A stretch of 64,000 nucleotides of DNA from Alphaproteobacteria bacterium (GCA_025210155.1 JAOASE010000011.1:12498-76497), one strand, 5' to 3'; shown: positions 18,620 through 28,117, counted from the first letter of the stretch. Translations and numbers: made by a program. The notes: generated by a model not told the origin, from the sequence alone.

Positions 18620-18795
18620 TATTTTTCCTCTTCAACTAAAAATGTATTTACAACACCTGATGTTCTTATAGTTCCCATCTTATAACCACACTTAGCACAC
18701 AACACTAATTCATTCTCTGTAGACCCCATTCCATCACCCCAAGAATCTTCTTTAACTAAATTTTTAGCACTACACTTTTTACAAACTTGTATCAT
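18619..18795 (-). CDS. Unlisted 58-aa zinc-ribbon protein (CKKC...CAKC) embedded in the hsd operon
   Basis: The minus strand reads MIQVCKKCSAKNLVKEDSWGDGMGSTENELVLCAKCGYKMGTIRTSGVVNTFLVEEEK. Its ATG overlaps the upstream TAA and its TAA overlaps the hsdS ATG (TAATG junctions at both ends). Confidence 0.55.
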   Translation of the reverse strand: MIQVCKKCSAKNLVKEDSWGDGMGSTENELVLCAKCGYKMGTIRTSGVVNTFLVEEEK

Positions 18796-19748
18796 TACTT
18801 GCTTCTCCCTTTAAATTTATTAAATAATACATAAAACAAATATATAAATAGTAAAATAACAAAAAGATAAACAAGTGGACTAATAGTAATTCCAAATTTA
18901 CTATATTTTTTATACTCTGTAATAAGTAACAAGTAAGTCAAGCTTTCAGCTATCGCTAATAAAATTAGAAGCATAAACAAAAATTTATAAATACCTCCTT
19001 TTTCTATTTGAAAAGATCCATACCTTTTTACAAAAGTATTTACATAGTTGATAAGTAAAATTGAAAAGATCAATATGAAAATATAAACACCTTTTCCAAA
19101 AAGATGAATTTCTACTATAAAAATATTTAAAAATTTCTTCCAAATAGAAGTATTTTTCTCTTCAAAACTTTTAACACAACTATCTATATTTTCAAAATAT
19201 TCTATATCAAAATTTTTAATAAGTCCCTTAACGGATATATCAAGTTCTTTTCCATCTAGTTTTTTATACAAAATAGATGTACAAAAATCCTTACCAGCCT
19301 TTAAATAAAAAGGTTCTAGCATCCAATTTTTTTTCTTTTTCCATACGATATTATCTCTTGTTAAATCATCTGGTTTTTTATTCTTAAAATAAACATCAGA
19401 ACAAGCTTCTACATTTATTATTCTATTATCTTTATCATAAAGAGTTATAGAGTTAATAAAATCATCTTTAGCTATATCTAAAGCAGAAATATTCCTTATA
19501 TAAATAATCTTTGAAGAAACATCTTTTACATTAAAAAATTTCTTATTTGATAACAACTTCAAAGAATCTGAAGATATAAAATCATCTAACTTATAACTAT
19601 AAGAACTACCAATAATCAATTTATTTGGCTTTATTTTTTCTTTAGGATAAAAACTTATAACCATTGTTAATACAGTCAATAATATACTTATAATTCCTAT
19701 ATGATTTTTTCTTAAATAATGGTAAATATTTGTTTTAAGATCTCTCAT
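18795..19748 (-). CDS. Hypothetical multi-pass membrane protein (317 aa) embedded in the hsd operon
   Basis: It has an N-terminal TM helix, a roughly 170-aa soluble beta-rich segment, and three to four C-terminal TM helices. The ATG lies 2 nt after the hsdM TAG. Confidence 0.6.
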   Translation of the reverse strand: MRDLKTNIYHYLRKNHIGIISILLTVLTMVISFYPKEKIKPNKLIIGSSYSYKLDDFISSDSLKLLSNKKFFNVKDVSSKIIYIRNISALDIAKDDFINSITLYDKDNRIINVEACSDVYFKNKKPDDLTRDNIVWKKKKNWMLEPFYLKAGKDFCTSILYKKLDGKELDISVKGLIKNFDIEYFENIDSCVKSFEEKNTSIWKKFLNIFIVEIHLFGKGVYIFILIFSILLINYVNTFVKRYGSFQIEKGGIYKFLFMLLILLAIAESLTYLLLITEYKKYSKFGITISPLVYLFVILLFIYLFYVLFNKFKGRSK

Positions 19749-19750
19749 AA

Positions 19751-21343
19751 CTACACCTCAACCTTACTCATTTGTTTTAAAATCTCTTCATTCAAATCAG
19801 TTTCTTTTTTAATCTGAACTTTCAACTCACTTAAAAGTCGTGGAAACTTCTCTTCAAAAGGTTCTGAGTCCTCTTCACTCTCAGCAATACCTACATATCT
19901 ACCTGGAGTCAAAACCCAATCATTCTTTTCAATTTCTTCTAAACTAGCAGACTTACAAAAACCAGCAATGTCTTTATAATCATCTTTAACCAAAACATGT
20001 CCTTTTACCCTTGTTGTTTTAGCATCATAAAAAAGACCTGAACCTGTAGACAATCCTGCACTAACAGATTTAGATTTCCACTTATCATAAGTAGTAGAAA
20101 TATTAGCTATATCCTCATCAGTAAATTCTTTATGAACTCTATCAGCCATAAACCCAATTTCTCTAGCATCTATAAACAAAGTCTTTTTCTTCTCTTCAGC
20201 ACTTCTACCTTTTCTCAAAATCCATAAACAAGCTGGAATTTGAGTAGAGAAAAACATCTGCCCAGGCAAAGCAACTATAGCTTCAACAACCCCATCTTTA
20301 ATCATATTCTTTCTAACTTCCAATTCACCATTAGTAGCCGTAGACATTGAACCATTTGCAAGAACTACACCTGCCACTCCATTGTGATTAAGGTGATGTA
20401 TCATATGTTGCAACCAAGCATAATTAGCATTTCCTTTAGGAGGTAAACCATAAGACCATCTAACATCATTCGCCAATATATCATGCCCCCACTCACTTTG
20501 ATTAAATGGTGGATTAGCCAAAATATAATCCGCTTTTAAAGTCTTATGTAAATCATTCCTAAGAGTGTCATCCGAACTCTCTCCAATATTTCCATTAATC
20601 CCTCTAATAGCCAAATTCATCAAACAAAGTCTTCTTGTAGACTCATTATACTCTTGACCATGTATCCAAATATCTTGAACTCTATGACCATGAGCAACAG
20701 TAAATTTCTCAGATTGAATAAACATCCCACCAGAACCACAACAAGGGTCATAAACCTTTCCCTTGTAAGGCTTAATAATTTCCACAAGTGTTTTAACTAT
20801 TGATTTGGGTGTATAAAACTCCCCACCTCTTTTACCTTCCGTAGAAGCAAAATTAGAAATAAAATATTCATAAACCCTTCCAAGCACATCTTTTTCTTCA
20901 TTCAAATCTCCAAAAGAAATATTATTGGTAAAAAGATCTATCAAACCACCCAAGTTATTTTTATTCAACGAGGCTCTATTATAATTTTTAGGAAGAACTC
21001 CTTTCAAATTAGAATTCTCTTTTTCTATAGCAATCATAGCATTGTCTATTATCTCACCAATGTCATCTGACTTAGCATATTTAGATATATAACTCCAACG
21101 AGCAATCTCAGGACAAAAGAAAATACCATCTGCTAAATATTCATCTCTATCTTCTTCTGAACCATAACCTTCTTCCACAAGAGTATTATACTTAATCTCA
21201 AATGAATCTGATATATATTTCAAAAATATAAGCCCTAAAACAACATACTTATACTCAGATGGATCAATAGCTCCTCTTAACTTATCAGCTCCCGCAAACA
21301 ATACTTTTTCAATAGATAAATCCGATGATGAATTCTTAGCCAT
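19751..21343 (-). CDS. hsdM: Type I R-M N6-adenine DNA methyltransferase subunit
   Basis: Motif I is YDPCCGSGGMF and motif IV is ILANPPFN. Confidence 0.9.
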   Translation of the reverse strand: MAKNSSSDLSIEKVLFAGADKLRGAIDPSEYKYVVLGLIFLKYISDSFEIKYNTLVEEGYGSEEDRDEYLADGIFFCPEIARWSYISKYAKSDDIGEIIDNAMIAIEKENSNLKGVLPKNYNRASLNKNNLGGLIDLFTNNISFGDLNEEKDVLGRVYEYFISNFASTEGKRGGEFYTPKSIVKTLVEIIKPYKGKVYDPCCGSGGMFIQSEKFTVAHGHRVQDIWIHGQEYNESTRRLCLMNLAIRGINGNIGESSDDTLRNDLHKTLKADYILANPPFNQSEWGHDILANDVRWSYGLPPKGNANYAWLQHMIHHLNHNGVAGVVLANGSMSTATNGELEVRKNMIKDGVVEAIVALPGQMFFSTQIPACLWILRKGRSAEEKKKTLFIDAREIGFMADRVHKEFTDEDIANISTTYDKWKSKSVSAGLSTGSGLFYDAKTTRVKGHVLVKDDYKDIAGFCKSASLEEIEKNDWVLTPGRYVGIAESEEDSEPFEEKFPRLLSELKVQIKKETDLNEEILKQMSKVEV

Positions 21344-21538
21344 AACAACACGTTCCTTTTCCTAATTTTCTTTGAAAAAAGTATACTCCTCAGCACTCAA
21401 ATAATCAAGAATTGATTTAAAAAAATTACATTAAATTAATATAAAAATTTAAACTAAGTTTTTATTCACAATAAATCGATCCAAAAACAAAAAAAGCGAC
21501 CCATAAAAGCCGCCTTTCTTTTCACAAAACAACTGAAT

Positions 21539-22621
21539 CTATGAACCCAATTGATCAGCTGTAACAATAGCCGCATAAACTAATTCCGGAGTAACTGGGA
21601 ACGACATATTATGAATAGTCTCACCTTCCGCAGTAGCCGCTTTAGCAACAGCCATCAAATCCTTCTTCGAAGCATCAGCGATATTCAAATCACTCAAACT
21701 AGTTGGCAACCCAACACTCTTACAGAAATCAATAACTGTTCTAATTTCTTCCATAGGTGCATTTTCCAACACCAACTGAACAATAGTTCCAAAAGCAACT
21801 TTTTCACCATGATAGAATTCATGAGTTCCTTTCAATGCAGTTAAACCATTATGAACAGCATGAGCAGCACACAAGCCACCACTTTCAAAACCAACTCCAC
21901 TTAAATAAGTATTAGCTTCGACAATATTTTCCACAGCTAAATTACTAACTTTTTTATTAACAGCCAACTTAGCTTTCAAACCATCAGATAATAATGTTTC
22001 ATAACACAACTTAGCCAAATCCATAGCACCCAAAGTAGGAGTACCGCCAGCCATCGCCTTACCATTAGAACGATAAGTAGCTCTAGCTTCAAAATAAGTT
22101 GCCAAAGCATCTCCCATACCAGAAACTAACAATCTAACAGGAGCCTTAGCAATAATAGTAGTATCAACTAAAACAATATTAGGATTATTAGGTAATAATA
22201 AATATTTACTGAACACACCCTTCTCTGTGTATAAAACAGCCAACGCACTACAAGGTGCATCCGTAGAAGCAATAGTCGGAACAATAACAACAGGAACTTT
22301 CATATAAAAAGAAATAGCCTTTGCAGTATCAAGAGTTTTACCTCCACCAATACCAACAATACAATCACATTTCTTATCCAAAGCAATCTTCTTTAATCTA
22401 TCAATTTCCTTTTTAGAACACTCTCCATTAAAAGTTTCATAAACAAAATCTGACTTCTTCGCAAAACCAGATGACACAGTATTTTCTGTCATCCCTTTAA
22501 CAAATTCATCAGCAATAACGAAAATCTTTTTCCCTAAATCTTTCGTATATTTTTTTAGATTTTTTAATTCATTAGGTCCTTGAATATATTTCCCTGGACC
22601 AATTATAATTTTAGTAGCCAT
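21539..22621 (-). CDS. gldA: Glycerol dehydrogenase (iron-containing alcohol dehydrogenase family)
   Basis: Motifs seen: GIGGGKTLDTAKA, a metal-binding His cluster (AAHAVHNG, HGEKVAFG), and the GldA-like N-terminus IIGPGKYIQG. Confidence 0.8.
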   Translation of the reverse strand: MATKIIIGPGKYIQGPNELKNLKKYTKDLGKKIFVIADEFVKGMTENTVSSGFAKKSDFVYETFNGECSKKEIDRLKKIALDKKCDCIVGIGGGKTLDTAKAISFYMKVPVVIVPTIASTDAPCSALAVLYTEKGVFSKYLLLPNNPNIVLVDTTIIAKAPVRLLVSGMGDALATYFEARATYRSNGKAMAGGTPTLGAMDLAKLCYETLLSDGLKAKLAVNKKVSNLAVENIVEANTYLSGVGFESGGLCAAHAVHNGLTALKGTHEFYHGEKVAFGTIVQLVLENAPMEEIRTVIDFCKSVGLPTSLSDLNIADASKKDLMAVAKAATAEGETIHNMSFPVTPELVYAAIVTADQLGS

Positions 22622-22710
22622 AATTCTCCTCCTTTTTCCACATATAAATATATTACTAAAAATTCAACCAAAAGTCAATCTAGTGAAAAAAGCAAAAAAC
22701 TAACTCCTAT

Positions 22711-23298
22711 CTATTCTACCCCATCATAAACTCTTTTAATTTCTTTCATATCCTCAAACATCAACCATCTAGGACTACCTTCAACGACCCTATGATTTCG
22801 CAACAAATAAGAAGGATGAAATATAGGCATCATTTTAGCTCCACCAGGACCATCAAACCATTGTCCCCTAACTTTACTTATAGCTAATTTACCTTCCATC
22901 AACGACTTCATAGCAACAGCACCACAAAGCAAAATTATATCAGGTTTTATAATATCCAACTGCTTATCAAAAAACTTTCTACAAGCTACCTTTTCAGAAG
23001 GTAAAGGATCTCTATTTTGCGGGGGTCTACACTTCAACGTATTCATGATATAAATATCGTTCTCTCTAGTAATTCCAACTGAGTTCAAAAATTCATCCAA
23101 CAACTTCCCAGCTCTCCCAACAAAAGGAAAGCCTGTCTTATCTTCTTCTGCTCCAGGAGCTTCTCCAATAAGAACAATTCTAGCATCAGAATTTCCATCA
23201 GAAAATACTAATTTATTGCGCAGCCCACCCAACTCACAATCTCTACACTTCTCAGCTTCTTGTTTTAAAATCTCTAATTGCTCTTTCTTAGAACTCAT
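22711..23298 (-). CDS. Uracil-DNA glycosylase, family 4
   Basis: Motifs seen: GEAPGAEED, HPSYLLRN, and an N-terminal Cys cluster (CRDCEL). Confidence 0.8.
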   Translation of the reverse strand: MSSKKEQLEILKQEAEKCRDCELGGLRNKLVFSDGNSDARIVLIGEAPGAEEDKTGFPFVGRAGKLLDEFLNSVGITRENDIYIMNTLKCRPPQNRDPLPSEKVACRKFFDKQLDIIKPDIILLCGAVAMKSLMEGKLAISKVRGQWFDGPGGAKMMPIFHPSYLLRNHRVVEGSPRWLMFEDMKEIKRVYDGVE

Positions 23299-23427
23299 AT
23301 CTTACCTCCATAAATTACAAAACAAATTATACTAACAACTGCATTAAAAATCCATAATTTATTTTCCCATAAACACAAAAAAAGACCCACATAAAATGCA
23401 GATCTTCTTCTATAAGAATAGAAATCT

Positions 23428-24204
23428 TTAACTTCTACTTTCCAACTCTTTTATAGTTGAAGCAGCTACAGTCCGAATGGTATCTACCCAAACGGTTCCA
23501 TCAGCCAAAGTTTTAATACCGTCAATTTTTTCAGATAAATACCCTTCTCTTTCCATAAAAGTGGTTATAAGACGACAAGCACATATAACAAATAATTTAC
23601 CTGAAGTCTTAGACAGCGAATCCATGACTGAAAGAAACTTGTATGAATCTATTTCTTTACCCGGCACCAATGAGTCATAAATAAAACTATTTATGTTTTC
23701 TTTCTGATCATCGGTGAAATTCACTAATGAATCTATGCCATCTTCAAAGTATCCTAAAAATCCTGAAGCATTCATAAAATTTCTAGTGGCAACTATTGCC
23801 AGTGAAGCTTCAAACGAAGGCTCTACCCTTTCAAGATAGTCTGTTATTGATTGCTTCAATGAAATAAGATTTGCCGTATCCTGTTCAATAATCAAGTCTT
23901 CCAACAAGCCCAAATCATTAGAACAAAGAACAATAGGCGCATCCAACGCTTCTCCTTCAAGTTTATGTAAAGAATATTTTATTAAAGGGTAAACAACCTC
24001 TGGCCATTTCTCCAAAGGCGCTTTCTTCGCCTCCTTAATTTCACTGGGAAGATAAACTGGCAAAGGCTTAACCAAGCCAGGAGCCATCTCCTTAAAAATT
24101 TTAACATATGTATCAAAAGCAGCTTCATTCTCTGCTAAAAATACAACTGTCTTTGTTTTAACATCTAATGTCTCAACATTGTTTTCTTTTTCAATTGTTT
24201 CCAT
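23428..24204 (-). CDS. Hypothetical protein (258 aa)
   Basis: Long ORF with noticeably less AT-rich codon usage than its neighbours. No motif was recognised. Confidence 0.5.
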   Translation of the reverse strand: METIEKENNVETLDVKTKTVVFLAENEAAFDTYVKIFKEMAPGLVKPLPVYLPSEIKEAKKAPLEKWPEVVYPLIKYSLHKLEGEALDAPIVLCSNDLGLLEDLIIEQDTANLISLKQSITDYLERVEPSFEASLAIVATRNFMNASGFLGYFEDGIDSLVNFTDDQKENINSFIYDSLVPGKEIDSYKFLSVMDSLSKTSGKLFVICACRLITTFMEREGYLSEKIDGIKTLADGTVWVDTIRTVAASTIKELESRS

Positions 24205-24296
24205 TTAATTAGGTTTAAATAATTAATATTCAAATTAGTAATTTCATCCTAATACAAAACACAACACTATCACTTTGTCAACAAAAAAGCAGTGAG

Positions 24297-24755
24297 TTAT
24301 GTATCACTGCTATTTTCTTTTTTATTTAATTTCTTTGGTTTCCAGAATGTAGTATTCTGCTCAGAGAAAATTACTACTTCCTTCTCCTTAACAAAAATTT
24401 TAGAATTTTTCGGAACATTAATCTTCCAAAACTTTTCACTCCGACAGGATTTCACTGTTAATATAACATTGTTTACAAGAACACCATTCTGCAAAACTTT
24501 ATTAACATCTCCCGAAATAACCATCTTATAGCCATTTAAATTTTCCCAAATATTAAACTTATCAAAGGTTTGAAAGTATCTCTTAGTAAGATACATAGTT
24601 TGTTTCTTACCAAATTCATTTACTCTTTCTATGTTAAAAGCTGAGGAAGAAACCAAACTATCAGCTTCTAAAAAATCAACTTTCTTTTTTTGCCCCAAAA
24701 CCAATAAGTTATTAAACAAAAATGCAATAAATAAAAATACAATTAACTTTTTCAT
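24297..24755 (-). CDS. Hypothetical secreted protein (152 aa)
   Basis: N-terminal signal-like sequence MKKLIVFLFIAFLFNNLLVLG. Confidence 0.5.
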   Translation of the reverse strand: MKKLIVFLFIAFLFNNLLVLGQKKKVDFLEADSLVSSSAFNIERVNEFGKKQTMYLTKRYFQTFDKFNIWENLNGYKMVISGDVNKVLQNGVLVNNVILTVKSCRSEKFWKINVPKNSKIFVKEKEVVIFSEQNTTFWKPKKLNKKENSSDT

Positions 24756-24817
24756 TTTAAACAGGTTTAAATTAATATTTAGATAAAAGCATATTAATAA
24801 TCAGTTTATTTGTCAAG

Positions 24818-25282
24818 TTAATTAAGCTTTATCCCTTCTAAATCAAGCAATCTCTTTTTAACCTCAACACCACCTTTCATAGAAAAGCCAGTCAACTTTC
24901 CAGACATTCCAACAACTCTATGACAAGGAATTATCAAAGGAATAGGATTTTTACCACACGCCATTCCAACAGCCCTAGGATGAGACTTAATCTTATCAGA
25001 AATATCTTTATAAGTAATAACCTGCCCATAAGGTATCTTAGCAATTTCACTAACAACCTTATTAACATAAGGCGTCTTATCATAAAAAGTCTTAATAGAA
25101 AATTTCTCCAACTTCCCATCAAGATAATCCGAAACCTCTTCTTCAACCTTCTTAGCTAATCCATTAGGACAAGAGCCTGATATTTTTTTATCAGTTCCCG
25201 TTAGCAAATAAATTTTATCATCATCCACTTCTATTCTAATATTTCCAATATTACTAGAAAATATATATTCGTATTTATTCAT
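24818..25282 (-). CDS. ogt: Methylated-DNA--protein-cysteine methyltransferase
   Basis: The active-site motif IPCHRVV is present with a YGQV..YKDIS helix-turn-helix region. Confidence 0.85.
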   Translation of the reverse strand: MNKYEYIFSSNIGNIRIEVDDDKIYLLTGTDKKISGSCPNGLAKKVEEEVSDYLDGKLEKFSIKTFYDKTPYVNKVVSEIAKIPYGQVITYKDISDKIKSHPRAVGMACGKNPIPLIIPCHRVVGMSGKLTGFSMKGGVEVKKRLLDLEGIKLN

Positions 25283-25399
25283 TAAATCACCTCAACAATT
25301 TCACTCTCAATAATAAATATAAATGCTAACTAAAAACAAAACAAGCAATAAAAAAATCCCCAGTAAAATACTGAGGACTTTTTCTCAAGAAGCTCTTAA

Positions 25400-26953
25400 T
25401 TAAAATGCATCCTTAGTTGCTTGATAAGACAAACATGCAGAATTATTTCCTTCTTCACAAGCAATTCTACATAACTCTGTATTAGCAGAATATCCACAAG
25501 CCCATGCAACTTCAGCAGAAGTTGTTGGAGACTCTCCAGACAAGTATTTTTCTGCCATAGCGTTACAAACTGCATCTTCACCTACAGTAGCATCTTTACA
25601 ATGCCATTTAATAGTATAAGGAGATTGCTCAAACGCTTCATCACAAACAGCATCATTATCTGAATATCTACATACGTGATAAATCATATCCACATGAGCT
25701 ACATCAGAATCTGGATTTTGATCTACATAATCTGCATAAGCCTGACAAACTGCATCATTAGTACCTCTACCATATCTACAAGCAGAATATAAATCCTCCC
25801 CTGTAGGGTTTTGAGCTAATAATTCATTACACAAAGCGGCATTACCAGATTTACATCCATTACTTAAATCTTCTGAAGTTAAAATACCTGTTCCAATATA
25901 CTCTTCCAATTTAGAACACATCTCTTGAGATATTGGAGAACATGATTGTGATATCAAATCTGTACTTGGGTCTGTAGCCATAAAAGCATCACAGGCCGAA
26001 GCAATACCACCTCTACAACCTTGTGCCAACTGAGCTTGATCTGTTGGATTTGTAGCCAACCACGCATCACAGACAGCCTTAGAATAACCCATATCACAAG
26101 CGTCTAATAATTCTTCTGGTTTTGTATTAGGATGAGTTATTAAAGCATCACAGGCCTCAGTAACAGCTCTTTCACACAACCAAGCTAAACCTCCAAAACT
26201 ACCATGAGTTTCATTAGTTTGAGATATATAGGCATTACAAACTGCAGTATCATATCTTTTTTCATTTACATAAGGCGTTGGACCCGTAGCACAAGCATTT
26301 TTCAATTCAGCAAGAGAAGGATTTGTCTTTAACCACTCATCACAAATAGCTGGGTTTGAAGTTGTTCTACAAGCACTATATAATTCAGCTTCTGTAGCAT
26401 TATCAATAGCTTCCTGTAAATCATCTGAAACTATATATCCATTATAAGGATCTTTAATATCATCTAAAATAGAATTTCCATCACTTGTATCAACATATTT
26501 ATTAGCTAACTGAGTATCACCTTCTTTATCACCACAAGCAACTTCAACTTCAGGATATTCATCCAAAAAATTCATATTGTTCATAAGTAAATTACAATCT
26601 TCTGTTTCTATACCAGTTATAGCTAATTGAAATTTATCCTTCGTAATAGCCGACAACTCATAAACACCACCAAAAGGAGTTGTAGAGTTTTTTCTAATAC
26701 CGCTATCTACAAATAAAGTTTGGAACGTTTCATCTTCTCCTAAAACATAACCATCTGCAGTATAACCATTCTTAACATAAATCTTTCTAAGATGACTAGC
26801 AATCATAGATATATCATTTTTTGTTTCCGTAGCCTTATTACTTTTGAAAACACTTTGTGAAGCTATAACTCCAATCACAACTATAACAGTCATAATACCT
26901 AGAACACCAAGCATCTCAATCATAGAACGACCTTTTTCATTTCTTTTAATCAT
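25400..26953 (-). CDS. Type IV pilin/pseudopilin-like protein with a Cys-pair repeat C-terminal region
   Basis: A prepilin-type leader KG/RSMIEMLGVLGIMTVIVVIGV has Glu at +5. About ten repeats of the A.C(8-11 aa)A.CD.WL.TNP type follow. The RBS is AAAGGAG. Confidence 0.65.
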   Translation of the reverse strand: MIKRNEKGRSMIEMLGVLGIMTVIVVIGVIASQSVFKSNKATETKNDISMIASHLRKIYVKNGYTADGYVLGEDETFQTLFVDSGIRKNSTTPFGGVYELSAITKDKFQLAITGIETEDCNLLMNNMNFLDEYPEVEVACGDKEGDTQLANKYVDTSDGNSILDDIKDPYNGYIVSDDLQEAIDNATEAELYSACRTTSNPAICDEWLKTNPSLAELKNACATGPTPYVNEKRYDTAVCNAYISQTNETHGSFGGLAWLCERAVTEACDALITHPNTKPEELLDACDMGYSKAVCDAWLATNPTDQAQLAQGCRGGIASACDAFMATDPSTDLISQSCSPISQEMCSKLEEYIGTGILTSEDLSNGCKSGNAALCNELLAQNPTGEDLYSACRYGRGTNDAVCQAYADYVDQNPDSDVAHVDMIYHVCRYSDNDAVCDEAFEQSPYTIKWHCKDATVGEDAVCNAMAEKYLSGESPTTSAEVAWACGYSANTELCRIACEEGNNSACLSYQATKDAF

Positions 26954-27036
26954 AAGAATCTCCTTTTAACTTAACTCGGAGTAATAATAACACAATTACA
27001 CATTTTTATCAATTTCAAAAATATACACCTTATTTA

Positions 27037-27065
27037 TTGACAAGTAAATAAATACAGTATAAAAT
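27037..27065 (+). promoter_or_regulatory. Sigma70-like promoter candidate
   Basis: TTGACA, a 17-nt spacer, then TAAAAT. It faces the terminator at 27309..27338. Confidence 0.4.
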
Positions 27066-27308
27066 ACAAGCTCAACCTATTTTTAAACCACAAAACAAAC
27101 ATTATTGAAATTAAACCTTTCGATAAAAATTTAAAACTACTATCTATTTATGACATACTTTCAGATGCGTCTTATAACTGGTCAGATATTTTTGGAAAAA
27201 CCTTTCAATTCAAAAAAGGAATGAATGAAGAAGAAGCTAAAGAGCTGAAAAATAAAATTTCTTCGGCAATGAAAGAAATTAATTTAATCTAATTAAATTT
27301 TACTAATA

Positions 27309-27338
27309 AGACTACTGCAAAAACAGTAGTCTTTTTTT
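27309..27338 (+). terminator. Rho-independent terminator
   Basis: AGACTACTG-caaaaa-CAGTAGTCT followed by a T7 run. Confidence 0.6.
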
Positions 27339-27394
27339 ATATAAATTCAACTAAAAATAATTGAAATTTTTAAATAAACATTTTAAAAATTCCA

Positions 27395-27423
27395 TTGACT
27401 AGCAACCTTCCATATTATATAGT
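27395..27423 (+). promoter_or_regulatory. Promoter candidate for tetR
   Basis: TTGACT, a 17-nt spacer, then TATAGT. It lies about 20 nt upstream of the AAGGAG RBS and ATG 27442. Confidence 0.5.
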
Positions 27424-27441
27424 TATACCAAGGAGCAAAAT

Positions 27442-28062
27442 ATGACTAATAATAATATAAAAACTAAAGATAAAATTATCCAAATAGCAAAAAAATTATT
27501 TGCTGAAAAAGGATTTCACGGAACATCTGTAAAAGATATTTGTGAACTTGCCGATGCAAATATAAGTGCTGTAAATTACCACTTCACATCAAAATTAAAT
27601 TTATTCCAAGAGATTATCGATAACGTTAGTGAAAAATGCCTAGCAAACATATTAAGTGTTATAGAAGACCCAGCCGATGACTTTGAAGAATTTAAAATAA
27701 AAATGAAAATTCTTTTTGAAACATTTTTCAAAATAGCTGAAAAAGACTGGGATTCTCTTGTAGTTATATTCAGCAACATATATTTCCTAAGAGAAGAATT
27801 ACAAAAAGATACTTGTGAATTCTTTGATAAATTCATACATATCCTTGGAAACTTTATTAAAGAAGGTCAAAAAAGAAAATATATAAGAAATGATGTTGAC
27901 CCAGAAGTTATCTCAAAAATAATATTACATATTCCACAAGGTGAAATTGAAGATAGATATTTAATCTATGGAGAAAAGCCTGAGCAATTCAACAAGGCTT
28001 ATCAAAAAAAATATATAAATAATATTTTGATAACTCTAATAGCTGGATTAGAAAATAAATAA
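27442..28062 (+). CDS. TetR/AcrR-family transcriptional regulator
   Basis: The N-terminal HTH is IIQIAKKLFAEKGFHGTSVKDICELADANISAVNYHF. Confidence 0.85.
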   Translation: MTNNNIKTKDKIIQIAKKLFAEKGFHGTSVKDICELADANISAVNYHFTSKLNLFQEIIDNVSEKCLANILSVIEDPADDFEEFKIKMKILFETFFKIAEKDWDSLVVIFSNIYFLREELQKDTCEFFDKFIHILGNFIKEGQKRKYIRNDVDPEVISKIILHIPQGEIEDRYLIYGEKPEQFNKAYQKKYINNILITLIAGLENK

Positions 28063-28068
28063 ATTAAA

Positions 28069-28095
28069 AGCTCCCAATCGGGAGCTCTTTTTTTT
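28069..28095. terminator. Bidirectional hairpin terminator between tetR and autotransporter 1
   Basis: AGCTCCC-aatc-GGGAGCT is flanked by an A-run upstream and a T-run downstream. Confidence 0.7.
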
Positions 28096-28117
28096 AAGAT
28101 AATATTTCTTTTTTAAT

